Shown here piece after piece: positions 10,444 to 23,500 of a DNA stretch of 64,000 nucleotides; position 1 is the first letter of the stretch; every line of letters begins with the position of its first letter. Below the pieces are notes generated by a model. That model saw only the letters and a program-made list of their open reading frames with translations. It ran no database searches and was not told where the DNA came from. Position numbers and translations under genes: made by a program. The stretch is from Prorocentrum cordatum (lineage: Eukaryota), in contig CAUYUJ010000001.1 in the NCBI GenBank assembly GCA_963575745.1, forward strand, positions 62,001 through 126,000. Direction: 5' to 3'.

Positions 10444-12105
10444 CGTAGCTCGCTGCATACCGATTGGGATGGGTTTTGGTTGAGGATGAGGAGGTGGGAG
10501 GTTGTTGATTTTGTCAGTGCGCCTCGCTGTCCCATGCCCGCCCGATTGCCCCTACTCCACCACCCCGTTGCCAATACTTGTCGTAGCAGCGCTACCTAGA
10601 CAGCCTGTGGATGATGCTATGGTTCTTGCAAGCTGACGTTGGTTTTGCCAGTTTCCCCTTGCTGGAGGTTTCCGTGGGATACTTCCCCTCCCGTTAAATG
10701 AGCTTGCAGTTGCCATTGCACGGCTTGCCTGTTTGGGCCTGTTGCCGACCATATCGTGTGTGGTCCGCTCGTTCGAGCTTGCAGTTCCCCTCGTGCCTGT
10801 GTGTACGTGTTGATCCCTATCTATTTCACCCGTGCTCCCAGATGGCCGCCGCCATTGGCAAACGCCTCCAGTCTCCTAAGACCCAGGACCAGATGCGCCC
10901 TCTGGAAGAGGAGTATGCCCATGGGTCAGTTGGTCAACCGCTCGGCTTTGGCGTGAGATGTGACAAGCTTCGGTCTAGTGTCCTGAGAGCCAGGCAGACT
11001 GGAGTTGCTGGCGATGCCGCAGCTGTGGCTCGTGCCGCCATGGAGGAGTGGAGGATGAGGTTTAGAGGGCTGCAGCGGACGTGGGGGAGAGCAGAGAGCA
11101 GGGCGCGTGCGCGCGCCCCGCCGCCCCGCCGCCGCACGCCCGCCCCGCCGCCCCCGCCGCCCGGCGCGAGCGAGCGGCGCGGCAGTGTAGCAGCGAGCGA
11201 CTCCTCGCCTCTCCCCTCCGTTTTGTCAAACTTCAAGCCTTGGCCCGTGGGGGGCAGCGGCAGGGGGCTCGGTGAGCGTAGACCGTCGCTAACCACACAC
11301 CCGTTGCGTGTGGCACCGAGCCCCCGAGTGTCCGTCAGTCCGCGCGGCCGCCAGCCAGGTGCTCATGCGGCTGCGCGCCGCAGCCCTCGCCTGCCGCCAG
11401 CTTTTCTTGCTGTTGCCTTGCAGATAAGGTTCGGAGTCGTCGGGAGGGATGAGAGTGCAGTCCTCCTCAGCTCAGACAGTTGGCAGTTGGCTAGGTCCGT
11501 TGGTAGACGAGACCAAGTCGGACGGATCGAATGAGACTGCAGCGAGTCAGACGCAGCCGCCTTCTCTCCCCATCTTGCCCTCCCTCTCCAATGCCGTGAT
11601 CAGAGAGAATCGAGCCCTGGCGGACAGGGAAAGTTGGGAACACCGTGGCAGGACCGCCCCTCTGTTGTTCCGTACGCTCTCTCCTGACCACGGCTGAAAG
11701 TCAGCCAAGCTGGCGTTTAATGACTAGTGGAGGTTGGTGGGTTGTTTAAGGATACTTTGGAGGTGGGACTTGCACTCGGCGTTAAGCCCGAACTGTGTGC
11801 TGAGATGTACCTTGCCTTCGGTGCGAGATTCGAGTTTTAGTACGGACGCAGAAGCTGTCCATGCCAAATGCCTCCAGTCGATAGTGGCCGCGCCTCTGCC
11901 AGTGCCACACTGCTGCCTCGCATCCAGTCGCTGGCGCAGTTAATACTATGGGACTGGGTGGGTTTGTGCATTTCATGGGAGGTGGGATGGAGGTACTGTA
12001 CTGTGCTTGTTCACTTGGTGCCCGCGCAGCCATTTAAGTCTGCTAGCCGCAGCGCCGCTCTTTCTCTGACCGTCACCAGGCGAATCAGATGCGCAATCTA
12101 AAATC

Positions 12106-12500
12106 TCCCTCCTCCTCCTCCTCCTCCTCCTCCTCCTCCTCCTCCTCCTCCTCCTCCATCTCCTCCTCCCTCCGCCCTCCGCCCTCCTCCTTCCTCCCTC
12201 CTCCCTCCTTCCTCCTCCCTCTTCCCTTCTTCCTCCCTCCTCCCTCCTCCCTCCTCCGCTCTCCTCCCTCCTCCCTCCTCCTCTTTCATCCACCGCCCGC
12301 TGCCCCCTCCCCCGCCCTCGGCAGAGGGTGCCGATTATCACGACTGCTGCAACGCGACTGCCCAACTAAAGGGTGGAGGAGGAACAGGAGGAGGTGGACG
12401 AGAGAGAGAGGAACGAGAAGGAGAAGGGTGGATGCGGGTGCGAAGGAGCAACGAGACGAGGAGGTGGAGGCAGAGGGGAGGAGGAGAGGGAGGAGGAGTT
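12106..12500. repeat. (CCT)n then GA-rich low-complexity tract
   Basis: Directly visible. Confidence 0.85.
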
Positions 12501-13478
12501 TCATCGGCTGGCGTTGACTGCGGCGCCACCGCGCACTGCTTACCAGTGTGCCGGAATGTCCCGCCGCTGGCAATGGACGGGCCCAACGGCGATTGCGGGT
12601 TTGGTGGGGGTGATTTCGTAGGCAGTCAACCGTGGCCGTAGTGCACATCCTTCGCCTCCACAGACAGAGCAGCGGCGGCATCACCTGCTGGGGGCCAGAG
12701 GTGGGAACGTGAGCTCGCGGTTTCGCGCTTTGTCATTCCCGCCGATCGTTGTCTTTGCCCCGCAGATCGTCTCCAGACATGCTCGCGCCGGCCTCCAGAG
12801 GCCCCCGCCAGGTCCCGGGACCTTCGGAAGACGACTCGCGATAACCATGACCTTGGGGAAAGGGTCGGGTTTTCCCAGAACCTGTGTTGAGAACCTCGAG
12901 ATCTCCGAGATATCGCATGTCTGGGCCTGGAGCGAGGAGGGAGAATCGAGGAGGGAAGGAGATGGGATGGAAGCGGAGGCAGGAAAAAGGGGGTGAGAGG
13001 GTACCCACCGGTCGTTGAAACTAGGGATGTCTGCATTCCCATATCCCAGTTATGTTTAGGTGCCTTCCTACTTCGATCGACTAGCGTTTTTCCCTCTCTC
13101 CTCCTCTTGAGGGGGCGGGCGGAGCTCCAAAATACTTTCATCGTCTTCCTGTTTTCATGCTTCTGCCCACTTCTGCCGATCGATGTGTACGGAGAGAGGA
13201 GGCAGGATGATGATCGTGGGTTGCCAGAGGTGGTCCTGGGCCAAGGTGTCCCCAGCTTTTCGCGCCCGACTTTGAGCCCATGGGGCACACCCGAGGAGAA
13301 GGGATGGGAACGAGGGGCTCCAGCGCCGATCCGAGGAAGCCGCGCGGACCTCTGAATTTCTACATGTATGTCATTCACTGTTCCCAAACGGGAGGGATGA
13401 TAAGGAACAAAGACTGAGGAGGTAGAGGGGCTCCAACACCCCCCTATAACTGTGCACTCTGTCAGCGACCCTCCAGAG

Positions 13479-13520
13479 GCGCTGCACGACTACAACGAAC
13501 GCGTCGCCTTCCAGTACAAG
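13479..13520 (+). CDS. Acyl-CoA dehydrogenase, exon B (42 nt)
   Basis: AG|GCG CTG CAC GAC TAC AAC GAA CGC GTC GCC TTC CAG TAC AAG|GT = ALHDYNERVAFQYK; continues exon A in phase 0. Too short to appear in the ORF track. Confidence 0.85.
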
Positions 13521-14027
13521 GTTCGGAAGAGGGAGTAGGATGACGAAGAGGACTTATTATCAAGGAGGAAGAGGAGGAGCAGGAGAGGAGCGGCAGTCGC
13601 ACACCCGAGCAATCGTTTTGTTTTGCTTTCCCGGCAGGGTTTGGCAATGCTCTTTTCGGGCTCAACCCCGTGGTTTCGAATACGCAACGGATGAAGGCAG
13701 GAAGAGTTCGGCCTCTTCGAGGCCCCTCCGTGGCCGCAGGGCCCAAAAGGAACCTTCGGGGTGAAGAGCGAGCTTCGGGAAAGTCCCCGTGCCCAGGACT
13801 CGTTGCCCTGAGGAGCCCGAGGCTTCTCCCATACACCAGAAACTTGGGCCTACCAGGGACCCTGGGAGCGTGAATTACCTACCCCGCTTTCGCTTCCAGA
13901 CAAAACCAAGTCATACCACGCGCCTCCTGGTCAAGCGACCTGACTGGTGCGGGCCGTAGCCTGGTATCGTTTGGTATCGTTTGGAAGCGAGGGTGGTCAA
14001 AAGCGAGGTAGGTTCGTTTGCCTCCTA

Positions 14028-14202
14028 GAAGAAGAAGGAAAAAACACTGGCGCTCCGCGCGGAGTTGTTGGATTCGCGCCGGACCTCCCTGGCGCGGAGC
14101 GCCAGGGGGGCGCCCGAGGCGCCGCTGGGAGGGCCCAGGCGCGGATCCAAGAAGTCCGCGTGGAGCTCCAAAAGTTGATGCTTATGTTTCGTTTCCTTCG
14201 TC
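14028..14202. mobile_element. Palindromic MITE-like element, family P (also ~33405-33578, ~43581-43792, ~44095-44220, partial ~45288-45420)
   Basis: Long imperfect inverted arms GGCGCTCCGCGC(G/A)GATTTCTTGGA...TCCAAGAAATCTGCGCGGAGCGCC, with (GAA)n/(TTC)n ends in several copies. Confidence 0.7.
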
Positions 14203-14439
14203 GGGAGAAAAAAAGCACACCTCCGAGCGATGCCAAGACACCCTTGGGAAGGAGGAGGAGGAGGAGGAGGAGGAGGAGGAGGAGGAGGAGGAGGAGGAGG
14301 GAGGAGGGAGGAGGGAGGAGCGAGGAGCGAGGAGGGAGGGCCCGCCCTTTGGGGCACCCCATGGGCTGCGCTAGGCTCTCTCTCCCTCGGCGCTGGGGGC
14401 CCCTCGAAGCACCCAGCGCCCCACCAGATGGCCCAAGCG

Positions 14440-14600
14440 TGAAATCGGGCCTGTCCCTCTGCAGGAGGAATAATCAAAAATAGTCAAAAGATCGACGGGG
14501 GGCGATTTTACTACTACTTGTAAGTATTTGTTGGTGTATTTTTGCGTATGTTTTAATTTGTCTGCCAAAATCCGCCTGTAGGGGGACAGGCCCGACCTCA
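14440..14600. mobile_element. MITE family H (hAT-like, 8-bp TSD), copy 1
   Basis: TIR core TCGGGCCTGTCCC / GGGACAGGCCCGA; TSD CCCAAGCG / CCCAAGAG. Confidence 0.8.
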
Positions 14601-15449
14601 CCCAAGAGGTCGATTGCCTCAGGACCGCCCAAGAAGTTCAATCGGCGTTCCAGGAAGGGCCCAAGAGGACCTCCAAGGGGCCCCCCCCGGAGGCAGAATT
14701 CATGGGTTCCCATAAGATTGTCAAAGGGTTTTAGCGCTCTCGTTTTTTTCCATCATCCGACCACCCGAGACGGCTGAAGAGGCCGCCAAGTTTGTACCTG
14801 TGCAACCAAAGAGGACCCCAAGAGGACCCAAGACAGCCGAATGCCGAGCCAAGACGGCCGAGAAGGCCCCCAAGCCGGTTCAAAACACCCCGCAGATGCC
14901 CCAAGCGGAGCCCAAGAACGGGTTCCGGAAGCTTTCCCCCGCAAGGCGACCTTCGAGGAGGCTCCGGACATGCTCCGAAGAAGGCTTCAAGAAACTCATA
15001 GTAACCCTCAATACACCCCCAGATGCCTGCAGAGCCCCCCAAAAAAACTTCAAGACTGCCGCTCTGGGCCGTTTAAGGCTCTTGTGGAGGTGGGGAGGAC
15101 AGCAACGGGGGGGAGAGAGTAAGTAGTCGACGCGACGAGCCCTTTGTGGCCATCTCATACTCCTGTCTTGTTTCGCTGACGAACTCTGTCTATGAGCTTC
15201 TGGGTGTGAGTGCGGGCCCGCGTGCACGACAGGCGCGGCAATGACGACGGCGGCAGCGACGACTTCAGTGATGTTTTCGTCCTCGAGGGAAGTACACTTG
15301 GGAGGGCGAAAGGTCGTTCCTCTTGCTGTTCTCCCCGCGGCATCTCATGCAAGCGCGCGTGGCGTGGCTACGCCCGCTAGCTTGCGTGCTATTCCCGCTG
15401 CCTGCTGGCATTTAGGGGTGCCCAAACGCCACGCCGGCGATGTCGCGGT

Positions 15450-15950
15450 ATGAATTGGAGCGTGGGCCTTACTGCGAGTGAATATGAGTGTGGGTGAGCA
15501 GAGAGTGAGCCACTCGGAGTGTGAGCTAACCCGGGAACGATCGAACCTGAGTGTGGGCAAGTCTTGTTGGATATAATTCGTGTGAGTACGAGAGTATATG
15601 AGTATGAGCGAATCTGAATGCGAACGAGTCGATGTGCGAGTGGGTCTGAGTGCGACTGAGTCTGAACGCGAGTGGGTCTGAGTCATAGAATGATGAATAC
15701 ACATATGAGAACGAGCGAGCCTGGGTGCGAGGTAGTCTGCGTGCGACTGAGTCTGAGGGCTGGTGCGTCTTTGCGCGAGTGAATATGAGTGTGAGTTGGT
15801 CTGGGCGTGGGTGCGTCTGACTTCGAGCGAGTTTGATTACGGGAAACTAGGTCCGTACGGGTCCGAGTATGATCGGATCTGCGTATGAGCGGATCGGAAT
15901 GTCATGGGCGATTGTGAGTGAGTCGGAAGACGAAAGAGTGAGTCGACAGC
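15450..15950. repeat. Degenerate (GAGT/GAGTGT)-type low-complexity repeat
   Basis: Recurrent gagt/tgag/ctgagt motifs. Confidence 0.6.
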
Positions 15951-16916
15951 AGGGGGTCAGCAATGGGTGCTGAATGGCCCATCGGTGGCTTATGGACCGC
16001 CCACTCAAATGCTCAAGTATAGTTGGCATTCGCTAAGCGTTGGAATATTAAGACGAGAAAGCGACGCTCGAGTTTTGTCCGCTGGCGACAACGCGTCTCT
16101 TAGCCATCGTTGGCCGCCTTGATACGTCGCGAGCCATCGCCCGGGACGCATTGAAAGTCTGGCACGCCCAGAATGTGTGAATTCACATGTCGCGTTTTCC
16201 CAACATGTGCATTCACATGAGGTGTCCCCCCAAAGTGTGAATTTAAATTTGCAGGTGACCTATGTGAACGCATATGTTGCGATTCGCAGCGGATGGATTC
16301 CACCATGCGCGTGCCATCGACAAATGGGCTATGCGTTATCGCCAGCAGACAGAGCTCGAACATCGCATCTCCGCCCCAATATGCCTTGGCGCAGTGGATG
16401 CCAGATCGTTGGGGCGAGCAATGCACGGGCCATTCAAGGTCCATTGAAAACAAATTGTTGCGGACATGTATTTTTGTCTTTCAAGTGCTGATTAATAAAT
16501 CAAATGCGAATGAACGCGTCTGGGCGGGGATAAAATAGGAAAAGGTGCACGCGAGCGAGTGAGTGAGTGAGCGAGTGAAGACCACACAAGTCAAACAACA
16601 TGTTTCGGGATGGGGCAGAAAGAAGCAAACCTCCTGACGCATCCCCTCAATCTGACCGCGAATCCTGAAGTGTCGGAACCCTTGGCGGCTCCGTCTCGGG
16701 GTGCACAAGTGCCGCGATCATTGTCCACAAAAAGGAAAAACGTTTGGGACGGGGGGGCAGAGCGACGCCAACCCCTTGAAACACCTCCCCGAATCCTGCC
16801 ACGCGCGTTGCATCGTGGCACCATGAACTGTTCGAGGCACCCACGGAACCCATTTATTCGCGCGCAGTCCCAGGCTGAATCGGCCCCCCTGGGCCCAAGA
16901 GCGCTGCGTAAACGCC

Positions 16917-16938
16917 TCCGTAGCCATTGCGGCTTAAG
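16917..16938 (+). other. Degenerate DinoSL relic (19/22), probably heading an old retrocopy
   Basis: TCCGTAGCCATTGCGGCTTAAG; ATG 10 nt downstream (16948), followed by broken ORFs I cannot identify. Confidence 0.7.
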
Positions 16939-18486
16939 TTAGGCAAGATGCATCAAGCGCTGTGCAGTGCAGCGCACATGCGCGATAAGCTGAGCCCAGG
17001 GTATGCGAAGCTACCTGTCACCACTCTAGGCTTTGACGCTGGGGAATGCCGCAGATGAGGAACTGCTCAGGCGCGCCGGTCATGGCGCTGCAGCGGAAGA
17101 AGCCGCCACTCGCAGTGGCATGGTAGACCTCCAGTACTTTATGGACCAACGCGCCGCGTCGGAAAACGAGCTCCATGCCTGCGCGGCTGGGGCGCGGCGC
17201 AAGTGTGCTAGCCAGCTGGCCAATAGTGGATGCAGCTAGAAGGGGGGGTCGCTGCCGTGCCCCAGTGGGAACGCCTGTTATTGCACAGGGCACGGTGGTT
17301 TGAACGTGACAGCTACAGTCGAGTATCGCGGGGATATCGCCCAGACAGTCTTAATCTCAGTCCCAGATGTTGCAGTCGACATGCCAGGAATCGCGACGTT
17401 CATGGGGGGGGGGGGCAACAAAGACGCCCCTGTAATGTCGATGTATGCGCCAGAAGAATACCGCGAACAGCGAACCCTGTGATGCTGAAGATGTGTTTCG
17501 TGGAGGACTGATAATGTTACTGAGCAGTGCCCTCGCGACAATGAGCGCGTGGAGTCCGCGGGGGACAGCGCCGCGTCGCACAAATGCGCGAAGAATACGT
17601 TCGCAGTTTCAGCGCAAAGCTCAGACGTTCATGGGCATGGCCCTCGATCCCGTCAGCGAGGCACCTGTGGGTCACACCCTGGCATTCGAGATACCTTCCG
17701 AGACGGAGATCGCTCGGGGGGGCCGTGAAGAGATGTTCGAGGTTCTCAAATCGCAGGAGATGCCGGCTTCCTCGAGAGACGCGTAGAGGCGCAGTTACGC
17801 AACACATTTCCTGCCAGGGGGATGGATGGCGCGCTCGCGCAGAAATCAAGCAGGCGGCGCAGGCGGCGCAGGGCGAGGTGTACAGGTGAACAGATTGGGC
17901 CCATGGCATGGGGTGCCGCCGCCTTGGGCTCGGCTTTTTGATCATCGCGTTTACTTTCACAGGCTGCTTCGCGGCATCGCCGTTCTGGGTGTTTGCAGGG
18001 GGGCGCAAATGGTTAAAAATGGTGCTTGCTCATGTTGGGCGAACGATGATACTGGGCAGACCGCCTGCGCGTTGCGGCGAGGGTAGCGAGGATTGCGAGG
18101 GTGTTGTAGCGGCCGCCAATTTCTGCTCCACTTGCAGTTGGCGGGACAGCCAGCGATCATCTTGCTGCGAGTAAAAATTTTTCCTGGCGAAGGACCCAAC
18201 CATATGTAATTGTGAATACCGCAATTGTGAATATCTTCTCCGGTGGCGCTCCCCATGGGGCCACGAAGCGTGTGAAGGGTGTGCCGAAATGGGCGCGCCG
18301 GACGCGTGCGGGCAGACCCACTGGGACCTTTTTTTTTTAGTGTGGCCAAGCTCGCGCGGCGCGAGCTCAGGTTCAAGCAGCTGCCAAGGGGCCAGCTGTC
18401 AGGCGGCAGGCGAAAGCCTCGGGAGCCGAGCAGCAAAGGAGCGAGCTAGCCAAAAGGGCCAGCCCGCCGCTGCCGAGCCAGACCCG

Positions 18487-21400
18487 TTAGCCTGCCTCCG
18501 CCATCGGGCGCGCCAGCTTCGGCGGCAGCCCTTGCTTGATATTCGCAGCCTTCTCGAGGCGGTGCTGCAGGCCTCGAGCGGTCACGGGCAGCATGCACTC
18601 GGCGGACAAGCCCCTGTGCTTGCCGCCTATCACACGGGCATAGCAGTGGCAGCGCGTGCACACTCGATACCCATGTACAGTGCACACAGCGTGCCCGCCG
18701 CCGTCAACCCCTGGAACCCCTGTGCCTGCAGACGCAGAGGCCGAGGCTACGAGGGGCCCAGAGGGTCCAGGCGGGCCGGCAGAAGCAGTCGGGCCGCTGC
18801 TGTGCCGCGCGCTGACCGCGGGCACGGCAGAAGGCGCGGGAGCGGCCTCAACAGCAGGCGAAGCGGCAACCGAAGGGCAAGCGGCATCGCCAACGGTGGG
18901 TGCCCCGCCAGCTCGGCCAGCCTCACTCACGGCCCCGCTCGCACAGGAGCCAGACGCTGAAGCCAGCAGGTAATCGACCTTCCCCTGGAACGTCTTGAGA
19001 ATCTTGACCCTGGGCTCCCCGCTGCAGCCGATGGAGCCTCGGATCTCTTCCTCAGGGCTGCGGGCTCTGGACCTGCGTCCCCTTGGGAGCGGCGGTGCGT
19101 TCTGCGCGCCAGCCTCGCGCGCCGCAAGCGCTGCAAAGGCTGCGGCTGCTGTGGTCGCCGTCGGCATTGCAGCTCGAGCAGGCCCCATGCTCGCTGCGCC
19201 GCCAGAGTGAAGGGGCGCGCGCGGCCTGGCCACGCACGGCTTGGCCCAGAAGTGGGCCTTGATGTTGGCGCTATAGGCGGTCTTCAGGCAACGCAGGCAG
19301 TGGATGCCGCCGTTGGGGACCTCGACGACTTCATGGCCCGCGAGGTGGAGAAGGATCTTGCCATCCCGCCTGGCCGCCGCCTCGTCGGATACATCCGCAC
19401 GGGCATCTGCAGCCTGGCCCCCGGCAACTGCGACCCAGACAACGGCCGCGTACAGCATGGCCTGCCTCGCGCGAATCGCCTGCCTGATGTCGTCGGTGGC
19501 CCCCGTGTGGCTGGCGATGAACTTGGCACACCGATATGCTTCTATGTTGCCGCGCCCCGCTCTGGCTGTGACCAGCCCTTCTCGCACGTGCTGCACCGAG
19601 GCGTGGGCCTTGACCTTGACTACGCGCAAGCCACCTTCGCCAAACCCTCCGAAGTCCTGAATCGCGTGCCAAACGCGGACCCAGAGCTCGGCCCATGCTG
19701 ACTTGCTGCTCTTGGTGACATTCGGCCCGCGAGCGCTGACCCCGCCCACCACAAATGCCGCATCAATATGAGCCGTCACTGGTGGTAGACTGAATTTGAG
19801 AAGCAGGAGGAGCGCCAGCAACTCGCCCCCGTCGATGGACTGCAGCGGCCCCGCCAGCGGTGAGGCTGAGCACGCGTGGCTGAACCTGGCCCAGGGTCCA
19901 CGTTGTCACCCCCTGGTGGAAGGGCCACCACCGCACAACCAGCACAGGCAATCTGGGCCCCCCCGTCGATGAAGGCGCCGTCGGCGCACAGGTCAGGCAC
20001 AGCAAACGGCATGCCCTCCTCGTTGCCTTTGATCCACTGCGCGTGCGCAAGGGGGTCGTCACCAGGCGGTACCCTCCCTGCGCGAGGCTCGGGTAGCCAC
20101 AGCCGCTCAAACAGCGTTTTGATCGTGGTGGGGCCCTCCATGCCCTTGAAACGCTCCAGCTCTAAAGGTAGCGAGAGGTTGGGCCATGCATCCGGGCGCT
20201 CCATGTGTCGATGCCACAACGTGCCCAGCTTGTCGGGGCACAGGTAGCAAACCGAGTACGAGCTGAGGCCTGCCGCACAGCGCCTCTCATTCAGCCACTG
20301 ACCGTCGACCAGGCACGATCTGGCGCACCCAGCCTCGCTAGGGGTCAACGTCCTCCAGCTCCGCGCCACCTTGGTTGACCCGCGGTCCGTGTTGATCCAA
20401 CGTCGGACCTGTGGCAAGAAGACTCCCCTGGCTTCGAAGATGCCGTAGTGCGTGGACTTCGCTAGCTGTGCCAGCTGCCCGTGCTCGACGGACTTGGTGA
20501 CAATCTGCCTCACCGCCCACAGCGAGTGCACAGCCAAGTTGAGCTTCTCGCCAGCCTCGGAGACCCACTCGGTGAAGGTGGAAAGCGTGAAGCCGACCTT
20601 CTGCAGCGACTTGACCGCAGCACCGATCGGCCCGCGCACGTCAGACCAGTTCTTGGCCACCTTCACGTTCCACTCGAAGGTAGACCTGAGCATTGAAGTC
20701 GGGATCCACTGCTCCCAAACTGCCCGAGTCAACATCATCACGGGCCCAAGCGCGGCGGCGAAAATGGGGTCCAAGGTCTTGGCCCCCGAGAGCATCAGCA
20801 CTGCAGTGGCGCTCTTACCTGCTGGCCGAGCTTCTACGGCTCTGACCGTGATGGACCTCATGTTGGACAGCTCGCTCTCGTTGGGGCCTGTGCAGTTGAC
20901 GCCGTAGAGGGCCGATGGGGCGCAAACCAGTGCAGGCAACCTTGGCCGCCACTGTGCGCCCTTTCCTCAGCCCGAGAAAACTGCGCACCTTGCCCATGCG
21001 CAACTCGACAGTGGCGAACCGCTGTTGCCGAATCGCCCTCGCTGCGCGTCGCCCGTCAGCATGATCGATGCCTGGGTTCCGCGCGTGGCGGGCGCCTTGC
21101 ACGCCTGCAACCTTGCGCAGCCTCCTGGAGATGTTGCAGCGGACCCCAGCGGAGTTGCCCAGGACCCTGGACTTTTTGACGGCGATCTTGAGTTTCACTT
21201 GCTTTGAGTGCTGCACGAGGTTCCGCGTGGCACCAACCAGGTCGTCCTGCACTCTCTCAGTGCTGCCCCAGCGCTGCAGCACTAGGTCGTCCACTACGAT
21301 CGCTGGCGCGACAGCCCCGAACTTCGCGACCATCTCGTCCAAAGGTTGCAGCAGCATGAGCTTCATGAAGCCCGTGGCAAACGCATCCCCAGCGAGCACC

Positions 21401-23500
21401 GTCTGGTAGACCTGCAGCTCCTGCGAGCAGCACCCATCTAAGTGCAGGGCCCTCGGCGCGCGGTACAGCGAAATCTGCAGCTTGGCCAGCCACAGCGGGA
21501 ATCCGTACTTGCTTGGTGGCCGCTTGCACCAGGCCCTGGTGATAGATTTGCTCAAACGCTTTCCACAGGTCGAGCAGGATGCTGGCAGAGGCCCAGTCTT
21601 GGTCGGGATGTAGCTCCGCCATCACCGCGACCCACTCGGACCTCGTCTGCTGCTGCCACACCGCTCTGTCGCAAGAGCGACCCGCACACGCCCACCAGTA
21701 CGGCCTGTCAATGTCCATCTCCCACTTCTGCAGGAGGGGCCGCCTGAGCCTCTCATGCGCTCGTATCATCGCAGCAAGTAGGGCAATGGGACGAAGGCCT
21801 CCGTCGGCCTTGGGAATGAAGGCCATTGTTGCGATGAAAGAGCTGGGCCAGTCGGCCTTCGCCTCGATGGCCATGATGAGATCAATGAGCGCCTCGATGC
21901 CTTGGTCGTCCATGAGATTGAACTCACTGGGCCGCAGGCTGTCAAATTTGGGCCCCGACTGAGGCCTGAAGGACGAGATCACCTTCCGCAGCTCAGCGAC
22001 TGACGGCCTGTCTGGGCGCTCCCCGAGATCTTCTGGCCACGCAATGCGGTGCCGCGCAGGCTCCTGCTCGCGCGATGCCACTACATCCCAGTAGCCCGGC
22101 CACTCGTCCACTAGCATCTGCAGGCTCTGCTGGATGGTGGACGGTGGCTCGCCGTCTGGCTTGGCGGGCTTCGCGTTCCAGGCCTGCGCCATCTTGGTGA
22201 CCGCGTGGATGCCGCCTGTGCCCGTGGCCACGGAGTGCAGAACCCACTCGTTGTAGTTCTGCGATGCCTGGTCCATGTCAGCCTTGACCATCTTCTCCGA
22301 CCAGTTGAAGCAGGCTGCACTGAGAACGTCAAGCTGCGAGAGGGAGAAGCTGCTGGCCCCCGTAGCTATCACGTGAATGGCGCGCTGCATCTCGCTAAGC
22401 TCGGACGGGGGCCTGCTGGCCAGCTTGCGCAGGGCACGGAGTGCTCCCAGCCTCGTGAGCGGGCGCTCGAACTGCGCAGCATCCCTGAGGCAGGTGGCGA
22501 TCGCCCTGCACCACGTCGATGCACGCCTGACCCTCGGTAGCCTCGGCGGCGACGGCGCCGTAGCCGAAGTGCTTGCTAGCCAGGGTCGCTGCCCTCGGCC
22601 TGCGTACCTGTCGTGCTCGTGGTGGAGCCCGCAAGCGTCGATCATGTTGACCTCCGCCTGGCCGGTGAAGATGCGCCACATGCGGTCCAAGTCACTGGTG
22701 TTGGCGATCTTCTCACGCACCTCCTCCCAGGCAGGTGTGTGGTCTTGCGAGCAGCACGCTAGCGGCGTGGCCAGCGGGAGCTGCTTCGCTGCGCGCATGA
22801 CCGCGATGTCCTGGTGTCTGCTGGGCCCGAGCAGCTCGAGCGCGACAGTGTAGTGCGGGCTGAGGTCGAGCCCGTGGATGACGCTGGCCTCGGCCCCCCG
22901 AAAGCTTCTGGAGACCACAAAGTAGTCGATGACCCTGCCAGCTGGCCTGCATGTGGCCTCGGAGGGCGCTGCCACCACCGCCTGCGCGGCCTGGAGCCAG
23001 CCCGACTCCGCCAAGACCGACGGCTCCATGTTGAAGTCCCTTCCGACAGCGAAGGGCCTGTTGGCCGCCTGGAGCGCCCTGAGCACCACGTACAGCGTGT
23101 CCGCGTTGCTCTTGCTGAGGCCGACATTGACCTCCAAGTAGATGTTGACCCACGCAATGCCGCCTCTACAGGCGCCGTTGAAGTGGGAGATGATGGCTCG
23201 CCCTGGCACGAGCACAGCTGGCCTGCCAAGCAGGTCGAAGGGCCCGAGCCCGAGATGCTGGGGCGCCATCTGCACGAGGCCTCCAGTACCCTGGGAGCCT
23301 GGGCCAGCGTTGATCGCTGGCGCTGCCTCCGAGACCTATCCGAGCCTACAGAGCTGACCTTGTGCATCATGAGTGCGCCGCGAATCCACATGCGTCTCCT
23401 GGACGGCCGCGAAGTCGCAGTACCTGACAGTGGAGGTGCCCAGCAGGTTGGCGAACCGAGACCAGGCGTTGCAGTTGACGGTGAGCCCGACCCACCACCT
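18487..23500 (-). pseudogene. LINE-B ORF2 (APE-RT-RNase H), broken by several frameshifts
   Basis: Domains are spread over consecutive ORFs 21257-23275, 20815-21555, 19776-20939, 19763-20110 and 18487-19821 in different frames. Confidence 0.85.

Larger units (their letters stand above)
1461..12105 (+). mobile_element. LINE-A: full-length non-LTR retrotransposon with C-terminal DNMT-like domain, inserted in a (CCT)n tract
   Basis: SL at 5' end, two long uninterrupted ORFs, AATC-containing 3' end (aatctaaaatc), and (CCT)n resumes at 12106. TCCCTCCTCC occurs on both sides (1451-1460, 12106-12115). The 3' boundary is inferred. Confidence 0.85.

Noticed and set aside
12520..12621. Candidate ACAD exon (TAYQCAGMS...)
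   Set aside because: 13479-13520 fills the gap better, with proper splice sites and phase.
15310..15430. Possible missing left end (A1) of YR-B
   Set aside because: Only a short, low-identity resemblance to 30413-30440 and no gag remnant follows.
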